From IMG/VR virus record IMGVR_UViG_3300048583_000185, positions 1 to 35,555 of that record: DNA of 35,555 nt. The stretch is one strand, 5' to 3'. A program made the position numbers and the translations under genes. Position 1 is the first letter of the stretch, and every line of letters begins with the position of its first letter. The notes beneath the pieces were generated by a model. That model was not told the DNA's origin, made no database searches, and was given only the letters and a program-made list of their open reading frames with translations. Below are positions 1-4,857 of the stretch, one piece after another. The stretch is from a virus.

Positions 1-127
1 ACACTGGCCGCATGCCCAAACGCATGCCGCTCCAACGTCAGCCGGATGTATTCGCTCAGCGACCGCTCGTCGCGGGCGGCCAGGCGCATGAGCGCGGTTT
101 CCAGCGTGTCGCTGATGCGGATCGTCG
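1..127. repeat. Terminal overlap identical to 35429-35555 (circular closure of the assembly)
   Basis: Read base by base: acactggccgcatgcccaaacgc...gctgatgcggatcgtcg occurs at both window ends. Confidence 0.95.
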
Positions 128-155
128 GCAGCTGCCGGATGCACTTTTCGGCCAT
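1..155 (-). CDS. Ribbon-helix-helix (CopG/Arc/MetJ-type) DNA-binding protein, 5' part. The gene wraps the window junction and ends at 35350 (77 aa in total).
   Basis: Hand translation from ATG 155-153: MAEKCIRQLPTIRISDTLETALMRLAARDERSLSEYIRLTLERHAFGHAASVMQGDGNVIEFSASERIADDVGGGRR. A beta-strand (TIRISDTL) followed by two helices is the RHH signature. The ORF is missing from the track because the window ends split it. Confidence 0.7.
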   Translation of the reverse strand, partial: MAEKCIRQLPTIRISDTLETALMRLAARDERSLSEYIRLTLERHAFGHAAS

Positions 156-176
156 GGCTCAGCTTTCGAAGAAGAA

Positions 177-204
177 GCCCCGACCAGCCGAAGCCGGCCG
201 GGGC
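177..204 (-). terminator. GC-rich hairpin with a TTCTTCTTCG tail on the minus strand, 21 nt upstream of the RHH start codon
   Basis: Minus strand reads GCCCCGGCCGGCTTCGGCTGGTCGGGGC then TTCTTCTTCGAAAGCTGAGCCATG. The outer stem is GCCCCG/CGGGGC. Confidence 0.4.
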
Positions 205-274
205 AAAGGCTCGCGCCGCCGGAGGTAAGCGGCGCCGTAAGGCAGGCAGCCAGTGCGAGCCGGAGACAAGGGAA

Positions 275-481
275 TCACGGCAGGGCTCGCTCAGCGATGA
301 GCCTGGCCACGCTGACCATGGCCAGAGCCGACTGCCGGTTGATGAATTCAGATGCTGGCTGCACGCCGGGCGCTTGCAGCGCCTTGACGCAGCGCTCCAC
401 AGCCCAACGCCGGCCGTGGCCGTTGGTGGCTGCCATGGCAGCGCGGCAGCACACAGACAGCGCAGCAGCGTCAGGCTGCAT
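275..481 (-). CDS. Hypothetical protein, 68 aa
   Basis: ATG is preceded by AGGAG at good spacing (minus strand GCAACCCAGGAGCCCACCCATG). No family motif recognised. Confidence 0.55.
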   Translation of the reverse strand: MQPDAAALSVCCRAAMAATNGHGRRWAVERCVKALQAPGVQPASEFINRQSALAMVSVARLIAERALP

Positions 482-579
482 GGGTGGGCTCCTGGGTTGC
501 GGGCACGACCGGTGCGCCTTCGGGGTGGGGCCAATCAGAATCGCGGCTCCTCAACACGCGACACTGAAAAGGCCAGGGC

Positions 580-933
580 ATGGAAGACGAACAGATCAAG
601 GAGTACATCACCGCGCTCCTACAGCCGGCACTGCAGGCGTTGAACGCTGCGGTGCAAAGCCTCAACGCTGTCGAGCAGCGGCTGCAGAGCGGGCTCGATG
701 CTCGTCTGCAGGTCGTCGACCAGCTTCTCCTCGAGCGGCATGCGGTGCAAGTCAACGCAATGGCCGTCAACGATGCAAGGTTCGCCGCGCTGATCGCCTA
801 CGTATCCGGCCAGGATGTCGGAGCAGCACTCGAAGCGTCTCGAGATGGATTCAAGAGCAAGCACCCCGCGCTGTTCGATGCTGCGCTGTGGCGCGTCGAA
901 CCCGACTGGCTGATTGCGCTGCAAAGCCGCTGA
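580..933 (+). CDS. Hypothetical protein, 117 aa, Ala/Leu/Gln-rich (coiled-coil-like)
   Basis: Protein-like composition with no Cys and G-rich first codon positions. It is almost perfectly antisense to an alternative minus-strand ORF (619-936), so the strand choice is uncertain. Confidence 0.45.
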   Translation: MEDEQIKEYITALLQPALQALNAAVQSLNAVEQRLQSGLDARLQVVDQLLLERHAVQVNAMAVNDARFAALIAYVSGQDVGAALEASRDGFKSKHPALFDAALWRVEPDWLIALQSR

Positions 934-935
934 CA

Positions 936-1253
936 TCAAGCGGCCTCAACAGGGCGGGCCAAGTCCGTGCGCGTCTCAAGCGGCGCGGCCGGTGCACCTT
1001 CGGCGGCGATCAGCTCGGGCCAGATGCGGTGCCAGTCGTCGGGGCGGAGGTCGCGGCGGGTGACTGCGCCCAAAGTCGCCTGCTCGATCGCGGCGCAATG
1101 CTCGGCAGGCACGCGCCCGCGATCAATCCACGCCCAGACTGTTGCGCGAGGTGATGGCCCCGTGATCCCAACCGCCGCCGCCAGCGCCGACTGTCCGCCA
1201 CAGAGTTCGGCCGCCCGTTTCAACGCGCCAGCCACGCTAAGGTCTGCATCCAT
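936..1253 (-). CDS. Cro-like / YdaS-type HTH regulator, first gene of the long minus-strand operon
   Basis: VWAWIDRGRVPAEHCAAIEQATLGAVTRRDLRPDDW fits the Cro/YdaS-type HTH pattern found in prophage switches. It is divergent from an XRE repressor across a palindromic operator. Confidence 0.75.
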   Translation of the reverse strand: MDADLSVAGALKRAAELCGGQSALAAAVGITGPSPRATVWAWIDRGRVPAEHCAAIEQATLGAVTRRDLRPDDWHRIWPELIAAEGAPAAPLETRTDLARPVEAA

Positions 1254-1260
1254 CAGCGAA

Positions 1261-1300
1261 GTCTATTCTGAGTTGACTGCGCCGTCAACTTGCAATAGAC
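1261..1300. promoter_or_regulatory. Operator copy 1: nested perfect palindrome with overlapping divergent sigma70-like promoters
   Basis: GTCTATTctgaGTTGACtgcgccGTCAACttgcAATAGAC. Plus strand: TTGACT (1273-1278), 17 nt, TAGACC (1296-1301). Minus strand: TTGACG (1288-1283), 17 nt, TAGACT (1265-1260). Confidence 0.6.
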
Positions 1301-1332
1301 CAAAAAATGATGGATTTGCATACGCTGCACGG

Positions 1333-1701
1333 GTGGAAGCATGGAATAAACAGCAACGCCAAGAGTTCGGCCTGCGGCTGCGGAAAGCCCGCGTCTTAAA
1401 AAAGATGACGCAGACAGAAGTCGGCGCCATGTTTGACGTCGGCAAAGCCGCCGTAAGCGCCTGGGAAGTTGGCAGCAACACGCCCAGCGCCGAACAACTC
1501 GCAAGAATGGCTGACGAGTTCGGAGCGTCAGTCGAATGGCTTCTTTTTGGCGTCGAAGGAGAGCCCTTCTCCATAGAACTGCGCCGCGTCCTGTCGAGCA
1601 TGTCGGCAGAGATGCTTCGCCGGATTGAGAATAGCGTCCGAGGCCAGCTGGACATGCCGCCGCGCGCCCAGTCGACGCAATCCGTTTGCGCTTTTGAGTA
1701 A
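1333..1701 (+). CDS. XRE-family HTH repressor (CI-like), 122 aa, GTG start inferred
   Basis: QEFGLRLRKARVLKKMTQTEVGAMFDVGKAAVSAWEVGSNTPSAEQLARMADEFGASVEWLLFG is a classic HTH_XRE domain. The only in-frame start upstream of it is GTG at 1333. The SD is weak. Confidence 0.75.
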   Translation: MEAWNKQQRQEFGLRLRKARVLKKMTQTEVGAMFDVGKAAVSAWEVGSNTPSAEQLARMADEFGASVEWLLFGVEGEPFSIELRRVLSSMSAEMLRRIENSVRGQLDMPPRAQSTQSVCAFE

Positions 1702-1715
1702 AAAAGTTAGGTGGT

Positions 1716-1756
1716 GTCTATTTTGCGTTGACAGACAGGTCAACTCTGCGTAGACT
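1716..1756. promoter_or_regulatory. Operator copy 2 plus a near-consensus promoter for the plus-strand early operon
   Basis: GTCTATTttgcGTTGACagacagGTCAACtctgcGTAGAC has the same half-sites as copy 1. TTGACA (1728-1733), 17 nt, TAGACT (1751-1756). Confidence 0.6.
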
Positions 1757-1797
1757 TTGCATCCAAGCGCTGACGGTCAGCGCCTTGGAGCGCACCG

Positions 1798-2184
1798 ATG
1801 CGAGAGACTGCCACCGCTGAACTGCTGAGCGTCAGCACAGAAGCCCGCGAACTTGCCCAGTTCGCAAACCCCGCAACCCACACGCCAGGCCCCTGGTGCT
1901 GGTTCGGCCACAGCTTGCGGCCGCTCACCGCCGACCCGCAGCACAGCGCAGTACACACCATCCTCGAAGCCGAGGGCGGCTGCGGCTACCTGATGAGCAA
2001 TCATCACCAGACTCTGCGCGAGCTGGACGCTGACATGCGCCTCATCAAGGAGGCGCCTGTCATGCTGGGCCTGCTGCAGGAACTGATGGGCACGCGCGAT
2101 GCGTGGGGCAACTACCACGTCAGCCGTGACCTCGAGCAACGCCTGTACGCCGCCATCTCCGACGCCACGGTGGCCGCGGTATGA
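1798..2184 (+). CDS. Hypothetical phage protein, 128 aa
   Basis: GGAG lies 8 nt upstream of the ATG. The HTPGPW...LIKEAPVMLGLLQEL pattern recurs in prophage early-region proteins of unknown function. Confidence 0.65.
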   Translation: MRETATAELLSVSTEARELAQFANPATHTPGPWCWFGHSLRPLTADPQHSAVHTILEAEGGCGYLMSNHHQTLRELDADMRLIKEAPVMLGLLQELMGTRDAWGNYHVSRDLEQRLYAAISDATVAAV

Positions 2185-2396
2185 ATTTCCCCGTCACACC
2201 CGAAGAGCGCGCCGCGCTGCTGCGCGCTTACGACGAGGCCGAAGCGACGGCCTACACCGACGAGATCATGGCGCGCGTGGATGCAGAGACCCGTGACAGC
2301 ACCCGCATGCCGTGGTGGTTCTGGGAGGCCGCAGTGGTCGCGGTGGTTCTGACCCTCGCACTGAGCGCTGCTTTCCCCTGGGGGGTTGCAACATGA
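2181..2396 (+). CDS. Small membrane protein, 71 aa
   Basis: ATGA start/stop overlap with the upstream gene. C-terminal hydrophobic helix WWFWEAAVVAVVLTLALSAAF. Confidence 0.6.
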   Translation: MNFPVTPEERAALLRAYDEAEATAYTDEIMARVDAETRDSTRMPWWFWEAAVVAVVLTLALSAAFPWGVAT

Positions 2397-2686
2397 TCAC
2401 GCCGATCAACCATCGCCAGTTTGGCGTGATCCGCGGTGGCGCAGCTTCGAAGACCAGCGGCCAAGACGGCGCGACCGACGACGCGAGCCAACACACCGAA
2501 GAGCGAAGCCCGCTGGCACGCAACATCGAGGCGCTGGTGCGCGACGCCTACAGTGCCGGTCGGCATCACGGTGAAGCGCAGCACTTCCGCCAGGGCTGGC
2601 GCTGGGGCCTGGTGGCCGGCCTGTTCTGGGGCGGCATGTCCGGCATCAGCCTGATCCTGCTGTTGCAGTGGATCGGTGCAGAATGA
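2393..2686 (+). CDS. Hypothetical membrane protein, 97 aa
   Basis: ATGA overlap at 2393-2396. C-terminal TM segment WGLVAGLFWGGMSGISLILLLQW. Confidence 0.6.
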   Translation: MITPINHRQFGVIRGGAASKTSGQDGATDDASQHTEERSPLARNIEALVRDAYSAGRHHGEAQHFRQGWRWGLVAGLFWGGMSGISLILLLQWIGAE

Positions 2687-2904
2687 GCGCCGTGCAGCAA
2701 TGCCTTTTCCCGGCACACGAGCAGCGCCAGCCAGCACAGCCACCGGCCAGCCAGTTCTACCAGGTGCACCGGCACGCCGACCGATGGGCTGTCACGCACG
2801 CCCTGCCCGGCATGAACGGCAGTTGGGCTGTCGACATCTGCTGCCCGACGCAGGCCGCAGCCGAGCGGGAAGCTGCAAGGATGAATGCGGAGCGCTCGGC
2901 ATGA
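2683..2904 (+). CDS. Hypothetical protein, 73 aa
   Basis: ATGA overlap at both ends (2683-2686 and 2901-2904). No motif recognised. Confidence 0.5.
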   Translation: MSAVQQCLFPAHEQRQPAQPPASQFYQVHRHADRWAVTHALPGMNGSWAVDICCPTQAAAEREAARMNAERSA

Positions 2905-3542
2905 CGACACGCATCCCGAACCTGCGCGGCAAAGACCCGATGCTGATCGGCATCTGCGGTCGGGCCGGTACCGGCAAGACGGCTGCTGCCGAGTACCTGA
3001 TGGCCCGCCACCGCTTCGAGGTGGCAGCCTTTGCCGACGAGCTGAAAGACCTGCTCGCGCTGCACTTTGAAACGCTGGGCGTCGACTATTCGCATCTGCA
3101 TGAGCCGACGCTGAAGAACGCGCCGCTGCCGGGCTTTGGCTTCGTCGCCGGCCCCGTCACCGCCCGCATGCTCATGCAGACTCTGGGCGACTGGGGCCGC
3201 GCGATCGACCCTGACTGGTGGGTCAACGCCCTGGCGCATCGCGTGGGCTTGCACGACGCGACCCAAGGCTCTTCGGGTTCCCATACACCGATCCACGATC
3301 GCATCTGCATCAGCGATGTGCGCTACCCGAACGAAGCCGAGTGGCTGATCGAGCGCGGGGGCGTGCTGATCCGGCTGCAGCGCGAACAGGCCCAGGCCGT
3401 GCGCGCGCACAGCAGCGAGAGCCACATCGACGAGCTGCCGGCGCACATCGACCTGTACAACGAGGGGCCGACGCTGGCCGGCTTTCATGCGCTGCTCGAC
3501 GGTGCGCTGGCCAGCGTGGGCGTGGATGCGACAGCGCCATGA
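2901..3542 (+). CDS. P-loop dNMP-kinase-like protein
   Basis: Walker A LIGICGRAGTGKT. AFADELKD and ICISDVRYPNEAEWLIERGGVLIRLQR match the phage deoxynucleoside-monophosphate kinase family pattern (xxDVRFPNE). Confidence 0.65.
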   Translation: MTTRIPNLRGKDPMLIGICGRAGTGKTAAAEYLMARHRFEVAAFADELKDLLALHFETLGVDYSHLHEPTLKNAPLPGFGFVAGPVTARMLMQTLGDWGRAIDPDWWVNALAHRVGLHDATQGSSGSHTPIHDRICISDVRYPNEAEWLIERGGVLIRLQREQAQAVRAHSSESHIDELPAHIDLYNEGPTLAGFHALLDGALASVGVDATAP

Positions 3543-4120
3543 GCCACGCAACCGGCACTTACCTGGGCGGCATTCGAACGATCGACTGCCTGCAAAAGCG
3601 TAGCCACGTCTGCCCCGACACCGACTGCTGGCACTGGCGCATGGCCATCGTGCAGGGCACGCCCAAGGTCCATTTCACAACGCCGGACAGCGGCCGAAGC
3701 ATCAGCATGCGCGGCCGCCGCGCGGCGCTGTACCTGCTGCGAGGCATCGACGTGCCCGCCGGGCATGTGGCCTACCCGCGCATGACCTGCAAGAGCCGCG
3801 ACTGCGTCAACCCGGCGCACTCGACCAGCGGCGACCGAGACGCACACGGGCTGTGGCTGCGCAAGACCGGCGCCGTGGCCGGGCTGGCAAGCAAGTGCGC
3901 CGGCAGCCGCAAGGGATGGGAAGGCCGGCGCAAACTCACGCCCGAGGCCGTGGCCGACATCCGCTCGAGCGCCGAGAGCAACCTGGCATTGGCCGCCCGC
4001 TGGGGCGTCAGCCAGTTCGCCATCTGGTCGTGTAGGGTGGGCCAGACACACCGCAACGCGGTTGCCGGCAGCAGCGTTTTCAACTGGATACCAGCAGCAC
4101 AGATCGGGCGGCGGTCATGA
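3539..4120 (+). CDS. HNH-like (degenerate) DNA-binding protein with C-terminal HTH
   Basis: CWHWRMA...RRAALYLLRG...TCKSRDCVNPAHS resembles phage HNH_3-type proteins (CxNPxH). The tail KLTPEAVADIRSSAESNLALAARWGVSQFAIWS is the usual HTH appendix. Confidence 0.5.
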   Translation: MSHATGTYLGGIRTIDCLQKRSHVCPDTDCWHWRMAIVQGTPKVHFTTPDSGRSISMRGRRAALYLLRGIDVPAGHVAYPRMTCKSRDCVNPAHSTSGDRDAHGLWLRKTGAVAGLASKCAGSRKGWEGRRKLTPEAVADIRSSAESNLALAARWGVSQFAIWSCRVGQTHRNAVAGSSVFNWIPAAQIGRRS

Positions 4121-4521
4121 CGGATCAGTCAGACGCTGAGCACCCGCCTGCCACTGCCGGCGCCGACCCATTCGCCTGCATGGCCTCCGTCTTGGCCAAG
4201 GACAGGCCGCAGCAAAGCTGGATTACCGCCCCGCAGGTGACGCCGCTGCCAGAGGGAACCACCCGCGTCTCGGCGATGCTTTCGCTGCTGGCGACCGGCG
4301 GGCAATCTGCGGCCGAGCTGGCTGCGGCGGCTGGCGGCATTCCCACTGGGGCAGTGAGTGCGCTGCTGCACTCCCGCATGGAGCGCGGGCAGGTTCGGCG
4401 GGAGTGTGGAATCTATGAGTTGGTCCCTGAGTACGAAGACGAACTACACGCCAAGCTCAAGGCGGCCGCTTTGTGGCTGCGAGAGCACGGGTATGTGGTC
4501 AGCAGGGAGACGAAAGCATGA
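4117..4521 (+). CDS. Hypothetical protein with a probable winged-helix domain, 134 aa
   Basis: ATGA overlap. VSAMLSLLATGGQSAAELAAAAGGIPTGAVSALLHSRMERGQVRRE looks like a MarR-type wHTH. Confidence 0.55.
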   Translation: MTDQSDAEHPPATAGADPFACMASVLAKDRPQQSWITAPQVTPLPEGTTRVSAMLSLLATGGQSAAELAAAAGGIPTGAVSALLHSRMERGQVRRECGIYELVPEYEDELHAKLKAAALWLREHGYVVSRETKA

Positions 4522-4784
4522 GCAGCGTCAAGAAGCCCGTGCGGCTGGAGCTGAACAACAGCGGAAGCTGGAAGGTGATCGGCCGCTTCGAAGCGGCAGA
4601 CGACGAGCAGAGCAGTTTGGTGCTGGATGCGGCCGAGGAACTGATTAAGACGCTGCACAACAGCGAAGACCCGAAGCGCTGCCCGACGATGCGGGTGAGC
4701 ATGGACGGCGGTCTGGGGAGCGTGCTTTTGCGCTGGAGCTTGGTCGACGGATGGCGGGATGCGGAGACGGGCAGGGCGGCCTAA
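4518..4784 (+). CDS. Hypothetical protein, 88 aa. Its TAA stop lies inside the GCCTAAC box of the distal attC.
   Basis: ATGA overlap at 4518-4521. Protein-like composition (MSSVKKPVRLELNNSGSWKVIGRFEAADDEQ...). Confidence 0.6.
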   Translation: MSSVKKPVRLELNNSGSWKVIGRFEAADDEQSSLVLDAAEELIKTLHNSEDPKRCPTMRVSMDGGLGSVLLRWSLVDGWRDAETGRAA

Positions 4785-4832
4785 CGCCTAGCTCACCGGC
4801 CGCTTGCGGTCCGGTGCAGCGCGGTGTTATGC
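4779..4832 (-). other. attC site (distal, 54 bp)
   Basis: Minus strand: GCATAAC-ACCGC-GCT[G]CACCGG[A]CCGC-AA-GCGGCCGGTGAGC-TAGGC-GTTAGGC. It has a 13-bp stem, two extrahelical bases 7 nt apart on the R''/L'' arm, and unpaired 5-nt spacers. Confidence 0.7.
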
Positions 4833-4857
4833 GTGTGGTTCCGAAGCGTGGAGATGT

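Noticed and set aside
619-936. Minus-strand ORF of 105 aa as the real gene instead of the plus ORF 580-933.
   Set aside because: This is not firmly rejected. It has six Cys and weaker G1 bias, so I listed the plus ORF as the feature and kept the conflict as a finding.
12-1154. Very long ORFs in the track that cross or shadow other genes: 12-1154 (+), 2757-3551 (-), 24783-26360 (+), 28262-30118 (+), 32112-34205 (-), 32642-35290 (+) and 33768-35045 (+).
   Set aside because: They are Arg/Ala/Gly/Pro-rich with no motifs. They lie antisense or out of frame to genes with clear family signatures. In GC-rich DNA with high GC3, such shadow frames stay open by chance.
1706-1712. Isolated core-site-like heptamers GTTAGGT (1706-1712) and its complement ACCTAAC (8740-8746), which would bracket the whole plus-strand operon.
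   Set aside because: There is no adjacent attC-type palindrome at either place. A given 7-mer is expected several times by chance in 35 kb on two strands.
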